This document shows positions 1 to 9,368 of a stretch of 64,000 nucleotides of DNA, one piece after another. Each line of letters begins with the position of its first letter. Position 1 is the stretch's first letter. The notes below the pieces were generated by a model that was not told where the DNA came from, did not search any database, and worked only from the letters and a program-made list of their open reading frames with translations. The position numbers were made by a program, and so were the translations under genes. This stretch comes from Methanobacteriota archaeon (GTDB taxonomy: Archaea > JAADCQ01 > Methanopyri > Methanopyrales > Methanopyraceae). The stretch spans positions 1 to 64,000 of the forward strand of contig JAMOPO010000052.1 in assembly GCA_027064425.1 (NCBI GenBank), given 5' to 3'.

Positions 1-849
1 GCCGATCTCGTTGTCGATGTACGTGGTCACGTGGTACTGCAGCAGGTCCCACTGGTCCTCGATGATGGGCTCCGGCGCGCCCGACTCGAGCGACTCCTTC
101 AGCCGCAGGTTGACCCGGACGATGTCTACCAGCTTGTGCGTGAGGTCGTCCTCCGCCCGCTCGCCCGTCTCCAGGATGATCGACGGGCGCATCGTCACCG
201 GTGGGACCGGGAGGACCGTGAGCACCGCCCACTCCGGTCGGGCCCGCTCCGGGTGGAAGCCGAGGATCTCGACGTCACCGTCCGGGATCTTCTCCAGCCA
301 CGACCGGATGTCCACCGGCCACAGCCGCTCGTCGTTCATCAGGATCGTCGTCGGCTTCTGGTACGTGATCTTTGGCGCCTCGGCGCCGCAGTGCGGGCAG
401 GACTCCCGCTCCTCCGCCCGCTCCACCACCTCCGCCGCGATCGACTTGACCGGCCGGATGCCCTCGCGCACCTCGCGCCGGTACTCCTCGATATCGTCCT
501 CCGGCAGCCGGACCCTACCGCACTCCGGGCACGTGGCCCGGAGCACGTCCTTGATCCGCTCGGCGAAGCGCGGGTGGAGGACCGGGCGGGCCAGCTCGAT
601 GTGGCCGAAGTGGCCCGGGCACTTGCCCGCCGGCTGTCCGCACGTCCGGCACCGCAGGCCCGGGTCGATCACGCCCATCCGCGTGTCCATCACGCCGCCC
701 TCGATGGGGTAACCGTCCTCGTCGTACGTCTCCGGCGTGGTCACCTCCACCTTGGACATCTTCCGGATCTTCTCGGGTGGGAGGATGCCGAAGAGGATCC
801 TGCGCACGTACTTCGGAGGATCTTGAACGTGCGGCTCCTCAGCGACCAT
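1..849 (-). CDS. rpoA1: DNA-directed RNA polymerase subunit A' (N-terminal part, runs off the window)
   Basis: Manual translation from ATG 849: MVAEE...RILFGILPPEKIRKMS...DTRMGVIDPGLRCRTCG...CPGHFGHIELARPV; GGAGGTG RBS; follows rpoB'. Confidence 0.96.
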   Translation of the reverse strand, partial: MVAEEPHVQDPPKYVRRILFGILPPEKIRKMSKVEVTTPETYDEDGYPIEGGVMDTRMGVIDPGLRCRTCGQPAGKCPGHFGHIELARPVLHPRFAERIKDVLRATCPECGRVRLPEDDIEEYRREVREGIRPVKSIAAEVVERAEERESCPHCGAEAPKITYQKPTTILMNDERLWPVDIRSWLEKIPDGDVEILGFHPERARPEWAVLTVLPVPPVTMRPSIILETGERAEDDLTHKLVDIVRVNLRLKESLESGAPEPIIEDQWDLLQYHVTTYIDNEIG

Positions 850-863
850 GACCACCCACCTCC

Positions 864-2873
864 CTACTCACCCTCCTCCTCTTCCTCCTCACCACCCTCT
901 TGAGCCTCCTCCTTGGACAGCGGGCCGACCTCAAGGACCGCGTCCATGCAGAAGGACTTGAGCTCGTCCAGCAGGATCTTGAACGCGTACGACATCTCGA
1001 CCTTGTCCGCCCTCACCTCGCCGCACACGGGACAGATCGTCTTGCCCGTGGCCGCGTGCACGTAGCACAGCTCGCCGCAGTTCGGACACACGTACGCCTC
1101 GTACCGGTCCGACTCGTCCAACAGTCGTTCCTTGAGGAACATCGACGCGCCCCAGGCCACCAGGTCGTCCCGCTCCATCTCGCCGAACCGTAGTCCGCCC
1201 TCCCGCGCCCGGCCCTCCGTCGGCTGCCTCGTGAGCACCTGGACCGGTCCCCGCGACCGCGCGTGGCACTTGTCCTTGACCAGGTGGTACAGCTTCCGGT
1301 ACAGGCACACGCCGACGAAGACCTCGACCTCGAGCTTCCGACCCGTCCGACCGTCGTACATGACCTCCTTGCCCGTCGGCTCGAAGCCCAGCTCCTTCAG
1401 CAGCTGCTTGATCTCCTCGTACTTGTCCTTCGGCTTGGACGTGAACGCCGAGCCGTCGATCCGCTTCGCCGCCAGCGCCGCCGCCTTACCCGCCAGCATT
1501 TCCAGGATGTGCGCGACCGTCTCACGCGAGGGCAGCGCGTGCGGGTTCAGGATCAGGTCCGGCGTGATGCCATCCTCCGTGAACGGCATGTCCTCCTCCG
1601 GCACGATCATCCCGATGACGCCCTTCTGACCGTGCCGCGACGAGAACTTGTCACCCAGCTCCGGCACGCGCTCGTCCCGGATCCGCACCTTCACCAGCTT
1701 GTGCCCGTCGCTCGTCTCCGTGATGATCACCGAGTCCACGATGCCCGAGTCCGTGTGCCGGATCGCCGTCGACGACTCCCGCCGCTCCTCCGCCGGCAGC
1801 TCCTCCGGCCGCACCTCCTCCAGGAACCGCGGTGGGCTCGTCTTACCGATGATCACCGCCTTACCCTCGACCTTCTCACCCACCTCGGCCAGACCGTCCT
1901 CGCCCAGGTGCTTGTACGCCTCCTTCGACCGGTACCCGCGCACGCCCTTCTCCGGGATGCAGAACTTGTCCTTCAGACCGCCTGGGTACGTCCGGAGCTC
2001 GTCCTCGAACGTCTTGAAGAAGAACGACCGGGCGAGACCCCGCTCGATCGCGGACTCGTTCATGATGATCGCGTCCTCCATGTTGTAGCCCTCGTACGTG
2101 AGCACCGCCACGATCATGTTCTGGCCGGCGGGTCGCTCGTCGTAGTCGAACGCCTCCGTGCCCCGCGTCTTCACCAGCGGCCGGTGCGGGTAGAACAGCA
2201 GGTGACCGCGGGACTCCATCCGGATCGGGTGGTTCGCGGCGTAGAAGCCCAGCGCCTGCCGGGTCATGTTCGTGCCCATCGTGTTACGCGGCGCCGAGTT
2301 CGACTCCGGCCACGGGATGCAGCTGCAGCACGTGCCGAAGATCGCGGCCGGGTCCAGCTCCACGTGCGTGTACTTCTTCCGCTCCTCCTTCGGCTTCGAG
2401 TAGAACTCCTCCAGCGACTCGGCGATGAGCGCGTTCTCCTCCTCCTCGGCGTCCAGGAACTCGATGACGCCCTCCTCCTCCAGGTCCTTCCACGAGATCT
2501 CGCCCTTCCGCAGCTTCTCCAGGTGCTCCTCCGTGAGCTTGACCTCACCGTCCTCCACGACCAGCAGCGGTCGGACGACCCGACCCCGGTCGCAGTTCAC
2601 GTGCACCTCGTCGAGATCCTCGTGGTACGCGATGTTGACCCGCTTGTCCAGCACGCCCTCGCGCCGGAGCTTGCGCGCCTCCTCCACGAACTTCTCCGGG
2701 TCCTCGACGTAGCCCACCAGGCGACCGTTCACGTACACCGGCGTGAGCTCCTCTTCCTCCTCCGCACCCGTCAGCACCTGCTCGACCGCGCGATCCACCC
2801 GGCTCTCGATGTCACCCGCCTCCGAACCCTCGGCCTCAGACCCGGACTCCGGGGACTCGCGCGCCTCGGCCAT
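864..2873 (-). CDS. rpoB1: RNA polymerase subunit B' (C-terminal half of split RpoB)
   Basis: GDKFSSRHGQKG, GGLRFGEMERD, C-terminal CPNC..CPVC zinc site. Confidence 0.97.
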   Translation of the reverse strand: MAEARESPESGSEAEGSEAGDIESRVDRAVEQVLTGAEEEEELTPVYVNGRLVGYVEDPEKFVEEARKLRREGVLDKRVNIAYHEDLDEVHVNCDRGRVVRPLLVVEDGEVKLTEEHLEKLRKGEISWKDLEEEGVIEFLDAEEEENALIAESLEEFYSKPKEERKKYTHVELDPAAIFGTCCSCIPWPESNSAPRNTMGTNMTRQALGFYAANHPIRMESRGHLLFYPHRPLVKTRGTEAFDYDERPAGQNMIVAVLTYEGYNMEDAIIMNESAIERGLARSFFFKTFEDELRTYPGGLKDKFCIPEKGVRGYRSKEAYKHLGEDGLAEVGEKVEGKAVIIGKTSPPRFLEEVRPEELPAEERRESSTAIRHTDSGIVDSVIITETSDGHKLVKVRIRDERVPELGDKFSSRHGQKGVIGMIVPEEDMPFTEDGITPDLILNPHALPSRETVAHILEMLAGKAAALAAKRIDGSAFTSKPKDKYEEIKQLLKELGFEPTGKEVMYDGRTGRKLEVEVFVGVCLYRKLYHLVKDKCHARSRGPVQVLTRQPTEGRAREGGLRFGEMERDDLVAWGASMFLKERLLDESDRYEAYVCPNCGELCYVHAATGKTICPVCGEVRADKVEMSYAFKILLDELKSFCMDAVLEVGPLSKEEAQEGGEEEEEEGE

Positions 2874-2899
2874 GAGCGTTAGACCCCCAACCCGGGGCC

Positions 2900-4501
2900 T
2901 CAGTCGGCCCGGATCATACCCAGCTCTTCGAGGATCTCGATCACCTCGTCCTCGTCCGCGTCCTCGTGCACGATCTCCGCGTACAGGGCCAGGTTCTTAA
3001 TCGCACCGCAGTTCGCGCCCTCGGGCGTCTCGTTCGGGCACAGCCGGCCCATGTGCGTCGGGTGCAGGTAGCGCGCCTCCTTCGGGATCGACCACTTGCC
3101 CACGCCCAGCTCCGTGGCGGCTCGGATCCGTCGCAGGTGCGACATCGTGGACATCCAGGTGTGCCGCTCCAGGATCTGCGAGACGCCCGTGCGCGGCCGG
3201 TAGTGACCCGTCCGCCAGGTGCCCGTCGCCATGCAGCTCCGGATGTGGTCCGTGACCTTGTCCGGCCGGACGATGTACCGAATCGTCGGCTCCCGACCCC
3301 GGGAGTAGGCGCGCTCGAACTGGTACCTCATCTCCCGCGCCAGCTGCTGGAACGCGTACTCGTACGCCTCGTACAGCAGGTCGCCCGCGAGCTTGATCCG
3401 CTTGTTCGCGTAGTGATCGCGGTCCCGCACGCTCTTCACCTTAACCCGCTTGTACTTCAGCTCCAGCACCTCGCGCACCATCCGCAGGACTTCCTCCGCC
3501 TTCTTCCGGAACGCCTCCTTCAGCTTCTCCTCATCGTCCACGTCGTCGAGCTCCGCGATGTGCGGCAGGAAGTACTTGGCCAGCACCTCCTTACCGCGCT
3601 GAATCCGGTCCTCCCGCGTGTCCTCCGCCCCGGACAGGCGACCGATGTACTCCAGCGCGTCCTCCTGCGTCGCGATCTCCTCCTTCACCAGGATCCGCAG
3701 CTGCTCGGCCATCACCGTCGCGAACTCCGAGCCCACGCCCTCGAGGATCTCCTCCTCGCTCAGACCCAGCGCCCGCAGCAGGATGACGACCGGGAACCGC
3801 CGGTGCACGGCCGGCATGTCGACCACGAGCCGACCCTTCCGGTCGATCACGTCCACCGGGCCGCGGTACCGCTCACCCCGCGAGTACACCCGCGACCGGA
3901 TCTCGTCCAGCACGCCGCGCTCCCGGATCTTCTCGTTCACGCGCCGGTTCGGCGCGATGTCCTCCAGCGACATCAGCACGCGCTCCGAGCCGTTGATGAT
4001 GAAGTAGCCGCCCGGGTCCTTCGGGTCCTCGCCGACCTCGATCAGCTCCTCCTCGGACATCCCGTACGTGTTGCACAGCTTCGACCGCACCATCACCGGG
4101 AGCTCGCCCACGTACACCGTCTCCCGCTCCACCTCCTCCCCGTCCTCGTACATCACGATCTCCGCGTACATCGGCGCGGAGTACATCATGTTCCGCAGCC
4201 GGGCCTCCATCGGGTAGATCCGGCGCCGGGCGCCGTCCGGCTCGATGGAGGAGGGCTCACCGAACTCGATCTTCTCGAACTCGATCCGGTAGCTGGCACC
4301 CTCCACGTCCGGCTCGATCGGCTCCAGGTTCTCGATCAGCTGCTGCAGTCCCTCGTCGATCAGCCAGTGGTAAGACAGGAAGTGGTGAATGATGAGCGGG
4401 TGCGTCTTGACGTCTCCCACCCGCTCCTCGTTCCGCCTGAGGTACCCCTCGAGCAGCGCGTAGTAATCCTCCTCCGACAGGGACCGGACCGGCTCGGCCA
4501 A
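2900..4501 (-). CDS. rpoB2: RNA polymerase subunit B'' (N-terminal half of split RpoB)
   Basis: GGYFIINGSERV, RDHYANKR, LCPNETPEGANCG. Confidence 0.97.
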   Translation of the reverse strand: MAEPVRSLSEEDYYALLEGYLRRNEERVGDVKTHPLIIHHFLSYHWLIDEGLQQLIENLEPIEPDVEGASYRIEFEKIEFGEPSSIEPDGARRRIYPMEARLRNMMYSAPMYAEIVMYEDGEEVERETVYVGELPVMVRSKLCNTYGMSEEELIEVGEDPKDPGGYFIINGSERVLMSLEDIAPNRRVNEKIRERGVLDEIRSRVYSRGERYRGPVDVIDRKGRLVVDMPAVHRRFPVVILLRALGLSEEEILEGVGSEFATVMAEQLRILVKEEIATQEDALEYIGRLSGAEDTREDRIQRGKEVLAKYFLPHIAELDDVDDEEKLKEAFRKKAEEVLRMVREVLELKYKRVKVKSVRDRDHYANKRIKLAGDLLYEAYEYAFQQLAREMRYQFERAYSRGREPTIRYIVRPDKVTDHIRSCMATGTWRTGHYRPRTGVSQILERHTWMSTMSHLRRIRAATELGVGKWSIPKEARYLHPTHMGRLCPNETPEGANCGAIKNLALYAEIVHEDADEDEVIEILEELGMIRAD

Positions 4502-4513
4502 GCTCCAGTCCCC

Positions 4514-4792
4514 CTACTCGGGCGGGCTCGTCACGACCCGGTACACGACCACCTTGCCCGCGGTCGGGCTCTCGCGCTCGATCCTCACGAGCGCACCCGG
4601 CTTGATCTTCCGACCGAGCTTCTCGCTCAGGGCGACGATCACGGGGTCGTTCGTGTGGATTCTCGGGAGGTCGTCCTTACTCACCCCGAGCTCGTCCAGG
4701 ATCTTCTTGATCTCCTCCTCGTCCTCGATCACCTCGTGCTTCGGAACGAGCTCGTGATTCAGCACCACGTCCGGATCCAGACGCTCCGCCAT
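4514..4792 (-). CDS. rpoH: RNA polymerase subunit H (Rpo5)
   Basis: NHELVPKHEV...LPRIHTNDPV...RESPTAG..VYRVV; start moved to ATG 4792 after GGAG. Confidence 0.95.
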   Translation of the reverse strand: MAERLDPDVVLNHELVPKHEVIEDEEEIKKILDELGVSKDDLPRIHTNDPVIVALSEKLGRKIKPGALVRIERESPTAGKVVVYRVVTSPPE

Positions 4793-5300
4793 ACTCCTTC
4801 CCCCACCCCATCGGGCACGCTTCGATGCACAGTCCACAGTCCACGCACGCGCCCTCCCGGAAGGACAGGAAGGCCTCACGAACGGCCGGCACTGGCGGGA
4901 GCAGGCAGTCCACCCGCGGGCAGGACTCCCAGCACTCCCCACACAGCCGGCACGGGCCCGAGACCACCGCGCGCCCGTCGCGGACCTCGATGACCCCCTC
5001 CTCGCACGCGTCCGCGCACAGCCCACACCCCGCGCACCGCTCCCCGCGCACCCACGGGTGCGGGAGCAGCTCCTCCGCCCAGCGCTGCGTCATCGCGATC
5101 GGGCACACCTCGCCCGCGACCTCCGGCGGCAGACGCTCCACGCTGACCGCGTCGCAGAGCCCGCAGGCCTCGCAGAACAGCCTCTTGACCCGCTCTCGGA
5201 CCCTCAGCGAATCAGTGGGGCACGCCTCAGCGCACCTTCCGCAGGCCACACAGGCCCTGAAGTCCGGCTCCGGCCGGAAGTCCCTGAAATCCCGATACAA
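4677..5300 (-). CDS. Polyferredoxin (multiple 4Fe-4S motifs)
   Basis: Repeated CxxCxxC(xxxC) motifs: CVACGRCAEACP, CAGCGLCADAC, CRLCGECWESCP, CVDCGLCIEACP; 3' end overlaps rpoH. Confidence 0.85.
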   Translation of the reverse strand: MYRDFRDFRPEPDFRACVACGRCAEACPTDSLRVRERVKRLFCEACGLCDAVSVERLPPEVAGEVCPIAMTQRWAEELLPHPWVRGERCAGCGLCADACEEGVIEVRDGRAVVSGPCRLCGECWESCPRVDCLLPPVPAVREAFLSFREGACVDCGLCIEACPMGWGKEYGGASGSGRGAESRARSEARGDRGRGGDQEDPGRARGE

Positions 5301-5324
5301 GGGCTTCGACCCGGAACTCCCCGG

Positions 5325-7958
5325 TTAGGACGGTGTCTCCTTACTTACCTCCGACCTCCCACCCACGTTCTCAATGCGCCATAGCGTGTCCGCGGCCTCC
5401 TCAAGCTCCTCATCGTGGGTCACGACGATCGCCTGCTTGATCCTCCCCTCCTCCCCCAGCCTGAGCTCCCTGAGCGCCTGCGCTAACCGCTCCCTGTGCT
5501 CGGAGTCCAGGTGCTCCGTCGGCTCGTCGAGCATTATAAATGGCGCGAAGCTCGACCCCACCATGGCAAGCGCGAGCCTCAACGCCAACCCAATTATAAC
5601 TTTTTCCCCACCGCTCATCCGCTCCGCGTCCAGCAGGTACCCACCCGGGGTCAGCACCCGAATCCGCTGTCCCTCCTCCTCCAGCTTCAGCGACCCGTAC
5701 CTGTCCGACAGCGCCTCCAGCAGCTCCGACGCCTCCCGCTCCACCACCGGTAACAGCGCCTCCCTCGCCACGTCCCGAGAGTGCTTGAACCCCTCCTTCG
5801 CCAGCTCCAACGCCCCCTTCAGCGACTCGAGCACGCGACACTCCCGCTCCGCCTTGCGAAGCCTCCTGACGTCCCTCCTCAACCTCTCCCGCTCCTTACG
5901 CAGCTCCTCCAGCTGTCCCTTGCACCGCTGAAGCTCACTCTGAACCCGCTCGTAATCCTCCCTAACCCGCTCCCGCCGCTCCTCGATCTCCTCCAGCGAC
6001 CCCCACTCGCTCATCAGCCTCTCCCGCTCCTCCTCCAGCTTCCTCAGCCTCTCCTCCAACTCCGACCGCCTCTCGCGCAGCCTGCGAAGCTCGCTCCGGA
6101 GCTTCTCCTCCCGCTTCACCTCCTCTCTCAGCCGCTCATACTCCCGGACGTCCTCCCGGACCCTCCTCAGCTCCTCCTCCAGCCGATCGCGCCGCTCCTT
6201 CAGCTCCTCGATCATCCGCCTCGCCTCGTCCTCATCCTCCGGGCGCTCACCCAGCGCCTCGCCCAGGCGATGGAGTAGCTCCTCCCTCTCCTCACGCGCC
6301 CTCTCCAGCTCCTCCTCGAGCCGGTCCAGCTCCCGGAGCCAACTCTCAACGGTCCCGACCACCTCGCACGCCCTCCTGATCCGGTCCAGGTCGCCGCCCA
6401 GCAGCGAATAAGCCTCCAGCCCCTTGAGCCGCTCCACCTCCTCCAGCCGCTCCTCCAGCTCGCGAACCCGCTGCCTCAACTCCCCCCGCCGGTCCCGGGC
6501 CCGCTCGAGCTCGGCCTCCACCCGGTCCCGCTCCTCCTTCAGCCCCCGCTCCCGCTCCCTCAACCGCTCCAGCTCCTCCTCGACGCGCCGAAGCTCCTCC
6601 TCGGTCTCTCCGCGCAACCGCTCCGCCTGCTCGGGCGTCAGCCTCCGCAGGCAGACCGGGCACCTACCCTCCGCCTCGCGCAGCTTCTCCAACCGCTCCT
6701 CCAGCTCTCGGCGCTCGGAGCGGAGCCTGGCCCGCTCCTCGCGGACCTCTTCGAGCCTGTCCCGCAGCTCGTTCCACCTCCCCTCCAGCCGTCGAAGCTT
6801 CTCCTCCAGCTCCTCTAACTCCCCCACCAGCTCCTCCCGCCGCTCACGGAGCTCATCCTCCCGCTCGAGCTCCTGGAGCCCACGATTGAGCTCCTCCAGC
6901 TCACCGCGCAGCTCCAGCAGTCGCCGAGGCTCAACGCCCAGCTCTTCCCGAATCTCGTCCAGCCTCTCCCGCCGCCGCTTCAGGTTCTCCCTCAGCGACT
7001 CGATGCGGGCGGTAACCCGCTGCAGCTCGTCCCGAAGCCTCTCAGCCCGAGCGAGCCGCTCCTTCAGCCGGTCCAGCCGCTCCCGCAGCTCCCGGGCCCG
7101 CTCCACGGACTCCTCAAGCTCCTCCAACCGGCGCCGCTTCTCCTCCAGCTCCCCCAGCCGCTCCTCCAGGTCGCGAATGCGCTCCCGGCAGTGCTCCAGG
7201 TCCTTCCTCACCGACTCGATCTCCCGCTCAACCTCACGCAGCCGCTCGTACGCCCGCTCCAGTCGGTCAACCTCCTCCCGGAGCTCGTCCACCCGAGGCT
7301 CGAGCTCCTCGACGCGCCGCTCCAGCTCCTCGATCTCAGACTCAGCCTCCTTGAGCCGCCGCCGGGACCCCCGCAGCTCCTTCACGCGATCCCGAGCGTG
7401 CTCTAGCCTGATCTCCACGTGTCGCAGCAGCTCGTGGGCCTGCTCCCGGGCCTTCCTGTAGTCGGTCATCCCCAGGGTCCTGTCGATGAGCTTCTTCCGC
7501 TCCTCCGGGCTCGCCTCGACCAGCCGAGTGATCTCGCCCTGCCGGATGTACACCGCCTCGCGGAAGACGTCCTTGTCCACACCACCGAGAACCTCCACGA
7601 TTTTCCGGTCGACGTCGCGGGCCCGGTCCTTCGCGATGACCCGCCACCCGTCCCCATCCTCGACCAGCAGCCGCGGCTCCCGCTGCCCCGCACCACGGAC
7701 GAACGTCCTCTCGACCCGGTACCGGCGACCGTCGACGCGGAAGGTGACTCGAACCTCGGCCCGCTTCTCCCCCTCCCGAATCAGGTCGTCGTAGCTGCGG
7801 AAGGTGCGGGCGTCCGGGAAGAGGGCCAGGCAAATGGCCTCAAGCACGGAGGTCTTGCCGGCGCCGTTCGGCCCGACCAGGACGTTGATCCCCTCGGTGA
7901 ACTCCAGAACCGTGCGCTCGTGCGAGCGCAGGTTGAAGATCTCCACGCGCTCGATCAA
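5325..7958 (-). CDS. rad50: Rad50 SMC-like ATPase
   Basis: Walker A GPNGAGKT, coiled coils, CPVC zinc hook, MSGGE signature, LDEPT. Confidence 0.96.
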   Translation of the reverse strand: MIERVEIFNLRSHERTVLEFTEGINVLVGPNGAGKTSVLEAICLALFPDARTFRSYDDLIREGEKRAEVRVTFRVDGRRYRVERTFVRGAGQREPRLLVEDGDGWRVIAKDRARDVDRKIVEVLGGVDKDVFREAVYIRQGEITRLVEASPEERKKLIDRTLGMTDYRKAREQAHELLRHVEIRLEHARDRVKELRGSRRRLKEAESEIEELERRVEELEPRVDELREEVDRLERAYERLREVEREIESVRKDLEHCRERIRDLEERLGELEEKRRRLEELEESVERARELRERLDRLKERLARAERLRDELQRVTARIESLRENLKRRRERLDEIREELGVEPRRLLELRGELEELNRGLQELEREDELRERREELVGELEELEEKLRRLEGRWNELRDRLEEVREERARLRSERRELEERLEKLREAEGRCPVCLRRLTPEQAERLRGETEEELRRVEEELERLRERERGLKEERDRVEAELERARDRRGELRQRVRELEERLEEVERLKGLEAYSLLGGDLDRIRRACEVVGTVESWLRELDRLEEELERAREEREELLHRLGEALGERPEDEDEARRMIEELKERRDRLEEELRRVREDVREYERLREEVKREEKLRSELRRLRERRSELEERLRKLEEERERLMSEWGSLEEIEERRERVREDYERVQSELQRCKGQLEELRKERERLRRDVRRLRKAERECRVLESLKGALELAKEGFKHSRDVAREALLPVVEREASELLEALSDRYGSLKLEEEGQRIRVLTPGGYLLDAERMSGGEKVIIGLALRLALAMVGSSFAPFIMLDEPTEHLDSEHRERLAQALRELRLGEEGRIKQAIVVTHDEELEEAADTLWRIENVGGRSEVSKETPS

Positions 7959-7976
7959 CCGGCCGACCCCGCCCCG

Positions 7977-9365
7977 CTACATGAACTGGTCGAGCGAGGA
8001 CTGGCCCGCGGGGCGGGCCGGCCTGGGCCCAGCCCTCCGACTCCTCCCCCGCCGATCCCCGCTCCGCCCTTCGGTCCGCTCCTTTTTCGCCTCGCCCTCC
8101 TCAACCTCCTTCTCGGACTCCTCCGCTTCCTCCTCGACGCCGACGCTCTCCTCCCCCTCTGCCTCCTCGGCTTCCTCCCCGACGATCTCCTCCTCGAACT
8201 CCCGAATCAGCTCGCCTAGATCCAGCTCCTCCCCCTCACGAACCACCCGCAGGACCCTCCTCATCAGGTCGAGCACCAGGTCGTCGTCTACCCCCGAGTC
8301 CCGGAGCGTCGCCCGGCGGGCCCGGCGCAGGGCGCGCCTGAGGATCTCGTCCTCCGTGAGGGCCTCCGACGGTTCCTCCTCAGTGGATTCCTCCCCCGCC
8401 TCCTCCCTCACGTCGACCAAGCACCGCTCGGCCCCCGCTCGCTCCGCGGTCCGCTCGATCTCCTCCGGACTCGCATCCACGCTCGTGGCGACGATCTTCA
8501 CGACGGGACCGCCGTACCGGGTCCGCCGCCTGACCCGCCGGACCTCCCGCTCCAGCTTCTCTCTCCAGTCCTCACCGGAGACTTCCACGGTGGAGAGGCC
8601 GCGGCTCCACTCGATCTCCACGAACTCGTACTCCACCGCCCCGTCCCGGCCCGCTTCCAGCAGGTAGAACCCGCGCCGGTCGCCCCGGGCCTCGGTGAAG
8701 GTGATGGGCTCGGGGCTGCCCGGGTAGCAGGCCGGGCTGCCGTGCAGGGTGAGCTCCAGCCCCGGCGTGTGCACGTGCCCGAGCGCGTAGTAATCGTACC
8801 CCTCGGGTAGGTACGCCTCCTCGACCACCTCCGACTCGGTCGGGATCGTGTTCGGCAGGGCGACGTGCATCAGGGCGATGTTCGCGTCCGCCCCGGGATC
8901 GGGTCGGAAGGTCCGCCGGATGCGCGGTGACTCGTTGATGAAGTCCCGCTTCGGCAGGTACTGGAGCCCGTGCACGCACACGACCGTCCCGTCCGCCTCG
9001 AGCCGGTGCTCGTGCGTGCGCTCCCCGGGCGAGTAGTAAAGGTGCCTGAGGAGCCCGGTCCGCTCCAGGACCCGGAGCGGTGAGACGGCGCCCTCCCGGC
9101 GCCGAACCTCGTGGTTGCCGGAAACGGCGAGGACCTCGACCCCGTCCTCCCGCAGCCGAGAGAGCTCCCGGACGGCCAGGTCGAGCGCCTCGGTCTTGGG
9201 CCGGGCGTGGTCGAAGAGGTCGCCGGCGATGAGCACCGCGTCAACGGAGCACTCCCGGACCTCGCGCATCAGCCGCCTGAACGTCTCCATCACCGCCTCC
9301 TCGCGGGGCTTGAGGTTCATCAGGGCGTGGCCGAGGTGCACGTCGGCGATGTGGGCGAGGCGCAA
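7977..9365 (-). CDS. mre11: Mre11 nuclease
   Basis: HIADVHLG, AGDLFD, GNHE, LGHVH phosphoesterase motifs; adjacent to rad50. Confidence 0.95.
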   Translation of the reverse strand: MRLAHIADVHLGHALMNLKPREEAVMETFRRLMREVRECSVDAVLIAGDLFDHARPKTEALDLAVRELSRLREDGVEVLAVSGNHEVRRREGAVSPLRVLERTGLLRHLYYSPGERTHEHRLEADGTVVCVHGLQYLPKRDFINESPRIRRTFRPDPGADANIALMHVALPNTIPTESEVVEEAYLPEGYDYYALGHVHTPGLELTLHGSPACYPGSPEPITFTEARGDRRGFYLLEAGRDGAVEYEFVEIEWSRGLSTVEVSGEDWREKLEREVRRVRRRTRYGGPVVKIVATSVDASPEEIERTAERAGAERCLVDVREEAGEESTEEEPSEALTEDEILRRALRRARRATLRDSGVDDDLVLDLMRRVLRVVREGEELDLGELIREFEEEIVGEEAEEAEGEESVGVEEEAEESEKEVEEGEAKKERTEGRSGDRRGRSRRAGPRPARPAGQSSLDQFM

Positions 9366-9368
9366 GGG

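Noticed and set aside
5900-7450. Quasi-periodic CTC/CAG/CCG repeats
   Set aside because: They encode the E/R/L-rich Rad50 coiled coil; not a DNA repeat or CRISPR array.
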